A stretch of DNA of 64,000 nucleotides. Source: Octopus vulgaris (Eukaryota). A program made the translations under genes and the position numbers. The stretch is from contig OX597825.1 of NCBI GenBank assembly GCA_951406725.2, positions 24,304,001-24,368,000 of the forward strand. Direction: 5' to 3'. This document shows positions 41,012-54,505 of this stretch, one piece after another (position 1 is the first letter of the stretch; every line of letters starts with the position of its first letter). The notes below the pieces were generated by a model that saw nothing but the letters and a program-made list of their open reading frames with translations, was not told the DNA's origin and searched no databases.

Positions 41012-41550
41012 TACTCTTTTACTTGTTTCAGTCATTTGACTGTGGCCATGCTGGAGCACCGCCTTTAGTCAAGCAAATCGACTGCAGGACTTATTCTTTA
41101 GAAGCCAAGTACTTATTTTATCGGTCTCTTTTGCCGAACCACTAAGTTACGGGGACGTAAACACACCAGCATCAGTTGTCAAGCGATGTTGGGGGGACAA
41201 ACACAGACACACAAAACCACGAACATATCATCATCATCATTGTTTGACCATGGTCGAGACAATGGAATTTACCATGCTACGCCAGACTTCGCGGTCCATC
41301 ATATACACACACATACATATATATATACATATATATACATATATACATATATATATACATATATACATATATATATACATATATACGATGGTCTCTTTCA
41401 GTTTCCGTTTACCAAATCCAGTCACAAGGCTTTAGTCGGCACAAGGTTATAGTACAAGACACTTGCCCAAGGTGCCACACAGTGGGACTGAACCCAGAAC
41501 CATGTGATTGGTAAGCAAGCTACTTACCACACAGCCACTCCTGCGCCTAT
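41012..41550 (-). mobile_element. SINE family B carrying a nested ~75-bp LINE 3' end
   Basis: SINE halves at 41012-41215 and 41383-41550. The insert is 41228-41301. Confidence 0.85.
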
Positions 41551-42629
41551 TAAATTTCTCTCTGGCTATCCAGTTCCCTTTCTCAGAAGATTGAATTTAG
41601 CTCAACACTGCAAGACTTTTCAAAATTGTAACATTACTATGGCTTAGAATACAATGTAACACTACTACGGCTTAGAATACAAAGCTATTACTTACAAATT
41701 CTGCCATGGTCAACTTTGCTTTCAGTTCGTTTCAAGGTCAATAAAATAAGCACCAGCTTAAGACAGCAGTCGATGTAATTGACTTATTCTCTCTTCCGAA
41801 ATTACTGGCCTTGTTTCAACATTTGAGACCAACCCATTAGTTTGCAGGACAAAATTCTTAGAGGCATGTTGTCACTCTTTATATTCTGCACTCAAACTTC
41901 ACTGAGGTCGACTTTGCCTTTCGTCCCTTTTTTAAGTTGATAAAATAAGTATCACAGTGAACACTGGGGCTTGATGTAGTCGGCTTTCTCCCCCCCCCCA
42001 ACCACTGAAATTGCTGGCCTTGTGCCAAAATTGGAAATATATTACGATCAATTATATCATGTTCATCTGTCAGAGCACTGAGGATCAACTTGTCATCTTT
42101 ATGTCGTTAAGGATCACTGATGAATGACACAGTGATTTTGTTTAAAGTGGGAAAGGTTTCCACACTGCCAATTTCACTGTCTAGTAGCAAAACTGAATCA
42201 AGATGACTTGGGAAGGAGATGGATATAGTGGATGACCAAGATGTCTTACTGGCCTCATCTTGCTTCCTGTACTCCACAATGTGTTGCTGCAGTCATCTTC
42301 CCCTGTACTGGACCATGATAGTCCAGAAGAAACCATGAAGGTATTTTCTTCTGTTGGGTCCAGCCTTCAGATGCATAAGGAGGCAAGACCTGATATGCTA
42401 ATTAACCTGTAAATGGTAACCTGAGAGGTGCTGCTGCTACTTTGTGCCAAAGTAGACTTGAGGACAATATTGGCTAAGGGGTCATTTCACACCTCTCAAA
42501 ACCCTGGAATTCTAAAAACCAAGGCCACACTATCAGATGCAGTTTGAAATCATGCCCAAAATAAGTAATAAACTAATCAATATATTGCATCAGTAATCAC
42601 AAAATACTAAACTGGTGACTAAGTGACTA

Positions 42630-43172
42630 AGTGTCTGAGTTCCTTTTGAGTGTTGGGCCTTACGGAGGCAAAGTGGCTGAGTTCCTTTCAAGCATTGGGT
42701 CTCAGGAAAGCAAAGTGGCTGAGTTCTTTTTGAGTGTTGGGCACCAAGGAGGCAAAGTGGCAGAGTTCCTTCCGAGCATTCAGCCTCACAGAGGTAAAGT
42801 GGCTGAGTTCCTTTTGAGTGTTGGGCCTCACAAAGACAATGACTGAGAACTTTGGCATTATGTTGTACTTGAAAAGAAAACCCATCAAACCGAACATGAT
42901 CACTATTGTGGCAGACACTGGTGTCATGCAAATGACACCCATGCCGGTAGCATGTTAAAGTATGCTGGTGTTGCGTAAATGGCAACTGTACCAGTGGTAT
43001 GTAAAAGCACCCATTACACTCTCAGAATGGTTGGCATTAGGAAGGGCATCCAGCAATAGAAAACCATGCCAAATCAGACTGGAGTCTGGTGCAGCCTTCC
43101 AGCTTACCAGCCCTGATCAAACTGTCCAACCCATGCCAACATGGGCAACAGACGTTAAATGATGGTGACGAC

Positions 43173-43200
<28 letters not shown>
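42630..43200 (+). mobile_element. RTE LINE 3' fragment preceded by five 42-bp tandem repeats
   Basis: GAGTTC starts at 42637, 42679, 42721, 42763 and 42805, followed by the RTE 3' UTR and (GAT)n. Confidence 0.85.
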
Positions 43201-43208
<8 letters not shown>

Positions 43209-43954
43209 GATGATGAGATGATGATGATGATGATGATGAGGATGATGCTGATACTGATGATGATATGATGCTGATGACGATGATGATGATATGATGATGC
43301 TGATGCTGATACTGAAGATGATGATGACGATGATGATGATGATGATGATGAATGTGATCAACTATCCAACATGTTGCATCAGCAAACCACAAAATATTAA
43401 ACTGGTGACTAGGTGACTAATAGATAATACTGTAATCAACTAACCAGCATATCGCATCGGTAATGACAAAATATTAAACTTCTGGCCTTATGACTTGGTC
43501 GTATATATGAATCATTTAGCTGTCTAACCCATCCAAAAGATATGTAAATACATCTGGAATAGCAATCATAAAAATCAATGATATTCACTATAGTCTTGCC
43601 TTTTTTTATTGTTTTTCATTTGCTAATGTTTAGTGTCTTGCCAGAAACTAAACAAAGAAAATAATACTACAAATGAAAAAAAAAAAGAAAAAAGAAAATA
43701 AATAGCAAAAAAACAGAAAGAAAACGATATGGAAAACAGATTTCACTTAAATATATTATCTTCTCAATAAAAACTATTATCAATTGTCTATATTATTAAT
43801 GCATAAGTTTTGGCTCAAAATATTGATTCGTCATCAACTTAGCTAAGAAATGCTTTAGATATGTCTAGTGGATGAATGCTACAAGAAAAGTAGGCAGGAT
43901 AATGAAAGAATAGCAGATAAGGGAAGCAAATATATAAAATGTAAAATATACAAA

Positions 43955-44009
<55 letters not shown>

Positions 44010-44012
44010 CAG

Positions 44013-44072
<60 letters not shown>

Positions 44073-44476
44073 GTATACACACACACATACATAAGCAAGA
44101 AGTAGGTATAATTGTATTATTTAATTATGTCTATACTCATTTCATGCTTCCATTAATCTTTAGAAAAATATAATCTCACTGCAGATATGGTTGGTCTTCT
44201 TTGGTCAAATGGCACTCTAAATAGGCTATTTCGTATCTTTTATGGAAATGTGTATGTGGGTGTATAGATATATGAGTGTGTAAAGGTATATGTAAGTGTG
44301 TGTGTATGTGCATATATATATAATATATATATATATTGATAGATAGATAGATATATTTACATATATACATATATATACAATATGTACATAAATATAGAAA
44401 TATATACGAAGGTATATGTGCATATATGTGTGTGTGTGTATATATAAAATGGCATCAATTTAACAATTTATATATA

Positions 44477-45337
44477 TAGGGTGCGATGATTAAATTGTTG
44501 CCATTTTATATTTTTAATTTTGTGCATGCACATTGTTTTTTTTTTCATTTTGTCGACTATGCAGTATAGTAGGGTCAATTGGGCACCATCTGACTGAAAA
44601 ACAGCATCATGACGCAATTCACTCTACCAGAAATTTGGAAATGACATTCTGTGAGACTTGGCATTCATGCCAGGAGCTCCAATAGGAACATTTCAGAGTG
44701 TTTTGGTGTCAATCTGAGAACAGTGCAATCTGAGCACATGTTCCGAGAGTGATAAAAATCAAACATCCAGTCAACATCATGGTGTTTGGAGTGATCACTA
44801 GTGATGGTGACATTGTCTCCATTCATCTTCCCACATGGCCTCATTCTCAACAGAGAGGCCAACATCAAGTGCCTAAAGGAGGTAGTGCGGCCATGGATCA
44901 AGAGGATAGCTGCTGGAACACCTTATGTCTGGCAACAGGACTCTGCACCATGCCATACAAGCAAGAGAACCCAGTCATGGTTGTCAGACAGTTTCTGTGA
45001 CTGCATCACCCCTAACATCTGGCCATCTGCCTCCCCAGACTGCAACCCCCTTGATTATTATATGTGGGGTGCAGTTGAGTGAGAGACCAACAAAACTCAT
45101 GTAACACTCAGGCAGGGATTATGACAGCATTCACCAACTTAAACAAGGAGACCATCCAGAAGAGTTGCAGGAGATTATGAAGACGTCTGGAGGCCGTGGT
45201 TGAAGTCAATGGTGATTTTATTGAATAAATTTCAAGATATTTTTATTTAATTTTGGTGAATATATGTGTTAAAATGAGATTTCAGTGTTATTTTCATTTT
45301 TGCATAATTTAGATGACAATATATTCACTACACCCTA
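44477..45337 (+). mobile_element. Internally deleted Tc1/mariner-superfamily transposon, DD37D (maT) family
   Basis: ORF 44801-45082 reads WQQDSAPCH...WPSASPDCNPLDYYMWG with exactly 37 residues between the two Asp. Imperfect TIRs TAGGGTG.../...CACCCTA lie in TA context. Confidence 0.88.
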
Positions 45338-45351
45338 TATATATATATTTT

Positions 45352-45418
<67 letters not shown>

Positions 45419-45876
45419 ACATATATGTATATATTTATATATGTATACATATATGTATATGTATATATATATATGTATAAAGTGAGAGAGGGAGAAGAAG
45501 CATACATCTTCATCCACATTCAAACACACACATACATACATATATGTGTATATATGTATATGTATCTATATCTATTGATCTAACTATCTGCTTATATATA
45601 TATATGGCCTCAGTCAAACGACTAAAACAATAACAGAGTAAAAGAATAATTGTTATTTTTATTATTAAGGCTGCGAGCAGGCAAAATCATTACCATGCGA
45701 GTCAAAAGCATTAGTAGTATTTCATCCATCATATTCTCAATTCAAACTCTGCCGAGGCCAATTTCGTCTTTCATCCTTTCAGGGTCGATGAAATAAGTGC
45801 CACTTCAACTTTTGGGTTGATATAATCAACTTAAAACTTCTTCAGAAATTATTAACCTTGTGCTAAAATTTGATAC

Positions 45877-45934
<58 letters not shown>

Positions 45935-45973
45935 TAAAAGAAATCATCATCATCATTATTATTATTATTATTA

Positions 45974-46034
<61 letters not shown>

Positions 46035-46293
46035 CAAAGAAGGCAGCAAGTTGGCTGAATTGTTAGCATGCCGGGCAAAATGCTTAGTGGTATTTCGTCT
46101 GCTGCTATGTTCTGAGTTCAAATTCTGCTGTGATCGGCTTTGCCTTTCATCCTTTCATGGTCAATAAGTTAAGTACCAGTTAGTGAAACACAGAGGTCAA
46201 TGTAAACGACTTAACCCCTTCCCCCAAATTTGAGGCCTTGTACTTCCCATAGAAAGGATTCTTCTTCTTCTTCTTCTTCTTCTTATTATTATT

Positions 46294-46337
<44 letters not shown>

Positions 46338-47043
46338 ATATTTGAAGCTCTAGCATTTGTGTTTTTCTGTTTAGATCCCCACCCCCACCCCCACCAACAT
46401 GAGGTAGGTTCCATTTTGGTGGAGGATTTGAAGATATTTGAGGGAGGTTTCAGCACTGCCAATGTTCTTCTATAAATTCACTCTCTTTCATTTATCGTTT
46501 ACCATAATGGAATCAGCTGTTGTAGGATTGATTATAATTCCAAGAATTTGAAGAGATTAGTATCGGTCTGCATTGGATAGAGTCAATACTGCAAAAGCTA
46601 AAATACGAGGTCTGTTAGTTTATAATAAGACAAGGAAATATTTAATGTATTAGTGTAGCTATTTATATAATGCTGAATGAATCAAGATTGGTTTATATTA
46701 CATATGAAACAAAAACAAACATTAAAAATAATACTATCGTTTCCAAAATAAGTATTTGCATTGTTGAGAATGATAATCTCTTTGGCATTGATTTCTAGGA
46801 AAGATGCTGATCTATTTCAGAAATCACAAGAATTTCATAGACTGTAATCACTTGAATTCCAAATTGGCAGAAGCATTAGATGTAATACCCTGCGTGTGTA
46901 TATATTTATTCCAGCTTCTTGCATTCTGGGTGCTATTTCTTAAAATGTCCAACTTCGCATCCCATCCTTCTGGGGTGGATGAATAAAGTATCAATTGAAA
47001 TTGATAGGTTGAGGGAACCAGGAATCATAAGAACTTTGTAGAC

Positions 47044-47197
47044 AGGAGTGGCTGTGTGGTAAGTAGCTTGCTTACCAACCACATGGTTCTGAGTTCAGTT
47101 CCAGTGTGTGGCACCTTGGGCATGTGTCTTCTTCTATAGCCTCGGGCCAACCAAAGCCTTGTGAGTGGATTTCGTAGATGGAAACTGAAAGAAGCCT

Positions 47198-47260
<63 letters not shown>

Positions 47261-48122
47261 TTGTGTGTATGTATATGTTTGTGTGTCTGTGTTTGTCCCC
47301 ACAACATTGCTTGACAACCGATGCTGGTGTGTTTACGTCCCTGTCACTTAGCGGATCAGCAAGAGAGACTGATAGAATAAGTACTAGACTTCCAAAGAAT
47401 AAGTCCTGGGGTCGATTTGCTAACGATTGTATTATTAACAGTTGCGTTTCTGCTGAGGTCAGTTTTACCTTCCATCATTTCAGGGTCGATAAAATAAGTA
47501 CCAGTTGCATACTGGGGTCGACATAATCGACTCATCCCCTCCCCCAAAATTGCTGCTCTTATAGCAAAATTTGAGACCATTATTAATAGTTGCATCAAGG
47601 CGGCAAGCTAGCAAAATCGTTAGCATGCCAGCCAAAATGTTTAGCGGCATTTCACCCATTGTTACATTCATCATCATCATCATCATCATCATCGTTTAGC
47701 ATCTGCTTTCCATGCTAGCATGGGTTGGACGGTTCAACTGGGGTCTGGGAAGCCAGAAGGCTGCACCAGGCCCAGTCTGATCTGGCAATGTTTCTACGGC
47801 TGGATGCCCTTCCTAATGCCAACCACTCCGTGTGTGTAGTGGGTGCTTTTTATGTTCCACCAACACAGGTGCCAGACGAGGCTGGCAAACGGCCACGATC
47901 GGATGGTGCTTTTTACGTGCCACCGGCACAGGGGCCAGGCGAGGCTGGCAACGGCTGGCAACGGCTGGCAATTCTAAATTCAAATTCCACCGAGGCTGAC
48001 TTTGCCTATCATCCTTTTGGGGTCGACAAATTAAGTACCAGTGAAACACTGGGGGCGATGTAATCAGCTAGTCCCCCCCCCCCCCCCCAAATTTCAAGCC
48101 TTGTGCCTATAGTAGAAAGGAT
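47044..48122. mobile_element. Nested cluster of SINE B, SINE A units and an RTE 3' UTR fragment (47668-47970, minus) splitting a SINE A
   Basis: The SINE A head stops at ...GTTACATTC (about 47669) and resumes at ATTCTAAATTCAAATTCC (about 47971). Confidence 0.82.
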
Positions 48123-48519
48123 TATTAATAATTGCATGAGTGGGGTATCAAAATAGCAGTCTGCTGATTAATTAGAAATGGTATGATAAATTTGCTGTCC
48201 AAGTATTTTAAATCACATTGTACTGCTTCTCTGATTGTACAACTAATATTAGGAATATCGCTTGGGTGATGGACAAGCAAGAACTAAAAGTAAAGGTTTG
48301 TAACATACAAATATGATGGAGAAATACAGAATTGATACATAGATATATAAGTGGATTATAAATGGATATATAAACATAGATATATAAAGAGTATAGTGTA
48401 GCTTGAAAACTAGAACCGATAAAATAAAATGGCTGGTATGTTGGGAATCATTACAGTAAGTACCCCACCAAAATAGACCTAAGTTTCCAGGCACCAGAAT
48501 TTAAATTTTTTAATATATA

Positions 48520-48922
48520 CTCTTACTCTTTTACTTGTTTCAGTCATTTGACTGTGGCCATGCTGGAGCACTGCTATTAATCGAGCAAGTCAACCCCAGG
48601 ACTTATTCTTTGTAAGCCTAGTACTTATTCTATCGGTCTCTTTTACTGAACCGCTAAGTTATGGGGACGTAAACACACCAGCATCGGTTGTCAAGTGATG
48701 TTGGGAGACAAACACAGAAACACAAACATATACACACACATACATTTATATATATATATATATATATACATATATACGATGGGCTTCTTTCAGTTTCACA
48801 AGGCTTTGGTCGGCCCGAGGCTATAGTAGAAGACATTTGCCCAAGGTGCCACGCAGCGGGACTGAATCCGGAACCATGTGGTTGGTTAGCAAGCTACTTA
48901 CCACACAGCCACTCCTATGCCT
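48520..48922 (-). mobile_element. SINE family B
   Basis: Near full length with a small internal deletion. Confidence 0.88.
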
Positions 48923-49449
48923 ATATTTTTAATTTTATTTTAATTATTTATTCATATTTGCCAGCATTATAGATCTATTGGATCAGGACTTAACCTGGGG
49001 CTAAACAGCATCTTGTTTGTTTAAACCAGGTGTCTCAAAATTAAAACAGCTTTTAAACATTAGTATAATGCTAATTGCTGCGGTAGTTATAGGACACCTG
49101 CTATTTCCTTACAGTTTGTTTTCGTAATTAGACCGCAATCCTTCCGATCATTAATACCTGGGTAGTAGTAAGAGTAATATTTCCTGTCATTTCAGAGGGT
49201 AGATTTGTACATTTAAGTATTAGTTTATATAAATCATCATCGTTTTACATCTCCTTTGATATAGGTTGTATGGGTCATCGCTACTCTCCTGAAACGGGCT
49301 GTTGGAATGTATCTCATTCACCGGTTTAATTAGCTTTTACTTAGTATCTATGACTGGCAGCCCTTCCTAATCCCTTTACAAGGTGAGGTGGGCATGGGCT
49401 TTTTTCATAGCGCCCCATTACTAGATATAACTGGCACCCCGTTGTTTAT

Positions 49450-49755
49450 AACAGTGAGAGTTCTAGTTGATTTGATCAACGGAACAGCCTGCTCTTGAAA
49501 TTAACATGCAAGTGGCTGAGAACTCCACAGACATGCATACTCTTATCATAGTTCTCAGGGAGATTCAGTGTGACACAGTTTGTACTATGGTTAGCATTTT
49601 GAAATCCAGGTCCTACTCATTTTTGCCAGCAGAGTGAACTGGAGCAATGTGAAATAAAGTGTCTTGCTTAAGGACACAACATTCCATCAGGAATTGAACT
49701 CACAGCCTTACATTCATTAGCCAAATACCCTAACCAATAAGCCATGTGCCTTCAA
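49450..49755 (-). mobile_element. tRNA-derived SINE family D
   Basis: Minus head GGCACATGGCTTATTGGTTAGGG...GAGTTCAATTCC, body CCTTAAGCAAGACACTT. Related pieces at 37130-37350 (+) and 51880-52410. Confidence 0.7.
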
Positions 49756-50129
49756 AAATAAAAGAACCTTCTAACTCCTGTTTTAACAGAACGAACTGGG
49801 GGCAACTTATTTTCTCTAGAGGAGATGGAGGGGAACGAGTGATGAGAGCATGAGGTGGACAGATGGTGAGAGTGACCGATGGATGTCAATACTGAATAGT
49901 CAGCGTAGGGTGTAAATAAAAATGTGTGGAGAGCAAATCTGATGAGGACCTTTATCCAGCCAATCATATGATTTAGTTTAATCCATGACCTGTATATCAC
50001 AAAACTCATTAAACAGAATTGATCAAGATTAATTTACAACCAAAACAAAATCTTCTGGCAGAAAAAAAGGTAAAAAAAGGAAAAAAAATATTTTAAATAA
50101 TATTTAATGTGTGGTAAGTAGCTATAGAC

Positions 50130-50291
50130 GCAGGAGTGGCTGTGTGGTAAGTAGCTTGCTAACCAACCACATGGTTCCGGGTTCAGTCCCACTGCGTGGC
50201 ACCTTGGGCAAGTGTCTTCTGCAATAGCCCCGGGCCAACCAATGCCTTGTGAGTGGATTTGGTAGACGGAAACTGAAAGAAGCCTGTCGTA

Positions 50292-50390
<99 letters not shown>

Positions 50391-50600
50391 TTGTGTGTCT
50401 GTGTTTGTTCCCCTAGCATTGCTTGACAACCGATGCTGGTGTGTTTACATCCCTATCACTTAGCGGTTCGGCAAAAAGAGACCGATAGAATAAGTACTGG
50501 GCTTACAAAAAGAATAAGACCCGGGGGTCGAGTTGCTCGACTAAAAGCGGTGCTCCAGCATGGCCACAGTCAAATGACTGAAACAAGTAAAAGAGTCAAA
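50130..50600 (+). mobile_element. SINE family B, full length, young
   Basis: Complete, with internal (TA)n(TG)n. Confidence 0.9.
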
Positions 50601-50788
50601 AGAGTAAAGAGAGTTCAAGAAACTAAGCAATTGTTTGGTTCCGTATTTTCAGTCCTTTGTTTTACAGCTTTTATAATAAATCACATTGTTTCTTTCCTTG
50701 TTTTTTTTTAAATAATTTCTGTCAATCAATTTATCATTGCTTCTATTATAAGAAATATTTCTATTTTTCTTTTTTTTTTTTTTTGCAG

Positions 50789-50812
50789 ACTATCGAATAC
50801 ATTACCAACAAG
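50789..50812 (+). CDS. Candidate 24-nt micro-exon of an unidentified gene
   Basis: Poly-T tract plus GCAG acceptor and AAG|GTATTT donor. Open in all three frames. Confidence 0.3.
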
Positions 50813-51014
50813 GTATTTTATTTTCCAAGTAATTTTTTAAAATTTCTCTGTATTTTCTAAATATATATTTATATAATTTATATAATTTATATATTTCTTT
50901 TTATCGTTATTGTCTTAATATTAAAGACTTTAAAGATACTCCATAAATCAACAAAAATTACACCAAGGGACACTTCACAAATGAAAGCAAGCATGAATAT
51001 AAATAATGCATGAG

Positions 51015-51250
51015 GGTTTTATTTATATTCTTTGAATTATATTTTTTTTTGTTTTTTATTATTTTATGTCATTGTTTTATTCATATTCTTTGAGTTGTAT
51101 TTTGTTTTGTCTTTTATTAATTTGTTTCTTTGTTTTATTTATATTCTTTGAGTTGTATTTTGTTTTGTCTTTTATTAATTTATTTCTTTGTTTTATTTAT
51201 ATTCTTTGAGGTGTATTTTGTTTTGTCTTTTACTATTTTATATCTTTGTT
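51015..51250. repeat. 58-bp T-rich minisatellite, about 4 copies
   Basis: ATATTCTTTGA starts at 51025, 51083, 51141 and 51199. Confidence 0.9.
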
Positions 51251-52779
51251 TTACTGTTATTAACAACAAAATCACAATGACATACATCACCAATATATAT
51301 CGTTTCAATAACAAATACAGCGGTATCACCTTCATCAGACATGATGACGTGGAATTTGTTATATTACGTAGAATGGTCAAAATTCTAGACTAATGGACCA
51401 CTGTTATCTCAAATTATTTTCAAAGAATTGCGTTGCAACTCGAGACAATGGATTTTGGAATTGATGATGGAATGGTAAAAGATAAATGGAAAAATATCCT
51501 TCCTCACACTAAAGCATGTTTGTCGATTTATTTATACTCTGTGCTAAGCCATTGTTTCAGACGAAGGCTTGCTGTTGATTGAATCAAATCTAATTTCTTA
51601 TTGGAAATGGTCATTCTAAAACTCTGTAGAATTGATTTTTTGGTAGTGGTCAGACAAAATAATACAATAGTCAAATTTCTTATTAAAAGAGAAAAATTGT
51701 TCCTGTTATGTGATTAAGAGGAAGACTGCAGCAACCGATGAGTAAATTTCCATATATTACTTTCTTTAGTTCACTTTAGTTAGTAAATAAAGTAAATATA
51801 TAGTCAAGGCAGTACTCCAGCATGGCCACAGTCAAATGAGTGGAAAAAATTAAAGAATAAAAGAATATAGTTGTCGGTTTCAATGATGAGGATTCAGTTG
51901 TTAAATCAACTAAATTCTCACTTTATTGAATTAACATATAAGTGGCTGAATATTCCACAGATATGTATACTTATTTCTTTACCACCCGCAAGGGGCTAAA
52001 CACAGAGAGGACAAACAAGGATAGACAAACGGATTAAGTCGATTACATCGACCCCAGTGCGTAACTGGTACTTATTTAATCGACCCCGAAAGGATGAAAG
52101 GCAAAGCCGACCTCGGCGGAATTTGAACTCAGAACATAACCGCAGACGAAATATGGCTACACATAACGTTTCTGCCAGCTCGCTGCTCTATCGGATATGT
52201 ATACTGTTAACATAAATCTCAAGCAGAATTGATGTAACACAGCGTATCACAAGACTGGGCCATTGAATTGCAAATACAGTGTCTTTATATTATAATATAA
52301 CTAACAAAGTATTACACAGACATCCATACGCTTAATGTGAACTTCAAACAGAATCAGTGTGACCTCAGTCTGTGATAAGGTTGGACTTTAGACTTACAGA
52401 TACAATCTATTCAACAGGCTTCCACAAAGTTTCCCCTTTATTCAGTTTCACTCGGAAGGCTTGACTCATCCAAAATATATATTAAGTGACCCTGACTCAA
52501 GATGTTATGTTTTGAGATTTAGTTCAGTCTTTTATGATTCTGAAGCAAATTTCTTATCTATTTGGTTATACAGCATCTTTGTTTATTATAGCATTCAAAT
52601 ATACCTTTATAAATTCTCACTGCCTTTACACGTGGACGTGATGTTTCAATACTTGAATCCAAGGTGAACCATTCTTTCAAAACAATGGTCTCATTGTTTT
52701 GAACACCTTATAAGTGTCTGGGTTGTAGAATCATTGATGTGCCTGAGACTAAGTATAAACTTCTTGGTTATTCTGCATA

Positions 52780-53107
52780 AGAAGCTTGCTTCCCAACCAC
52801 ATGGTTCTAGGTTCAGTCCCACTGTCTAGCACCTTGGACAAGTCTCTTCTACTATAGCCTCAGGTTGACCAAAGCCTTGTGACTGGATTTGGTAGGTGGA
52901 AACTGAAAGAAGCCCATCGTATACAGATATATGTGTTTGTGTCCCCAATATCACTTGACAATCGATGCTGGTGTGTTTACGTCCCTGTAACTTAGCAGTT
53001 CAGCAAAAGAGACTGATAAAATAAGTACTAGACTTACAAAGAGTAAGTCCTGGGGTTGATTTGCTTGACTAAAGGCAGTGCTCCAGCATGGCCGCAATCA
53101 AATGACT
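52780..53107 (+). mobile_element. SINE family B
   Basis: Head-truncated, otherwise complete. Confidence 0.85.
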
Positions 53108-53503
53108 CTCAAAAACAGAATGCAAGCAGAAAAAAAAAAAAAGAAAAAAATTGATTTAAGAAATGGATCTATCAAGAATTAAGCTCAGAATTGCAAACTT
53201 CAAAACTGATTAAATCAAAACTAAACCAACCCAGCTATCTTCACAGTATTTGAAGAATGAGTTACAAAAAATAATAACAAAAACAAAAAAAAAACAAAAA
53301 ACAAAAAAAAACCGAAAGCATAAGCAAAAAAATGCAAGAATGTTGATTTGTAAGTTGATTAGGAGGAGCCAAACTACTCCAGATGTCAAAAGACTATACC
53401 TTAATTCCAGCATGGTGCCTAAAGTATATGTTTTACACATTAATACCAAAGAGTTCTCTGTATACGCAACAGAATTTTAATCACTGTATATTATATATCT
53501 CAC

Positions 53504-53533
53504 CTTCTCCGCAGCATCAGTGAAATATTTATT
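53504..53533 (-). CDS. Candidate 30-nt micro-exon (NKYFTDAAEK in phase 0) of an unidentified gene
   Basis: Acceptor TTTTGTTTTTCTCCATCTGTTTCTATTTAACAG and donor AAG|GTGAGA. Confidence 0.4.
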
Positions 53534-53874
53534 CTGTTAAATAGAAACAGATGGAGAAAAACAAAATTTATAGCAAAGTTTATTTATATTTGACTAAGGT
53601 CTTCCTTGATGAAATATTATTACCGGCTGATGGCTTGGTTTTTATAGCACACGGTAAACTACTGGGGAAGGATGAAGTTTATGGCAGCTGCTGCATGGAA
53701 TATAAATTCTAAAAGATCAGGTGCTGGTGTGGTTGTGGGGTACTTTGCTTGTTTTGCAACCACATGTTCTGTGTGTTCAGGCCCACTGCATAGCGCCTAG
53801 GTCTTCGGCTGTAATCTTAGGCCGACTGAAGTCTTGGGAGTGGATTTGGTAGATGGAAATCGAAAGAAGCCTGT

Positions 53875-54208
53875 TTTGTGTGTGTGAGCATGTGCTTGTG
53901 TGAGTGTGTGTATGTGCGTGTGTGTTTGTGTGTGTATGTCTGTGTGTGAGCATGTGTTTGTATGTGTGTGTGTGTGTGTGTGCATGTGAATGTGTGTGTG
54001 CGTATGTGTGTGTGAGCATGTGAATGTGTGTGTGCGTGTGTGTGAATGTGTGTGTGTGTGTGTGTGTGAATGTGTGTGTATGTGTGTGAGCATGTGTTTG
54101 TATGTGTGCGTATGTGTGTGAGCATGTGAATGTGTGTGTGCGTATGTGTGTGTGAGCATGTGAATGTGTGTGTGCATGTGTGTGAATGTGTGTGTATGTG
54201 TGTGAGCA

Positions 54209-54239
<31 letters not shown>

Positions 54240-54442
54240 CAGAGCATGTGAATGTGTGTGCATGCATGTATGTGCTTGTATGTGTATGTGTGTGTGAGCA
54301 TGTGTTTGTGTGTGTGTGTATGTGTGCATATGTTTGTGTGTATGTGTATGTGTGTATGTGTTTGTGTATATGTGTGTGTGAGCATGTGTTTGTGTATGTG
54401 TGTGTGTGGTGCTGCTGCTGTTGTTGCTGGTGCTGGCGTTGC

Positions 54443-54485
<43 letters not shown>

Positions 54486-54505
54486 ACTGATGATGATGAT
54501 GATAG
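53875..54505. repeat. (TG)n-derived compound repeat with recurring GAGCATGTG, then (TGC)n/(TGA)n
   Basis: Directly visible. Confidence 0.92.

Noticed and set aside
51180-51393. Hydrophobic signal-anchor-like ORFs
   Set aside because: They arise from a T-rich 58-bp minisatellite whose unit is not a multiple of 3.
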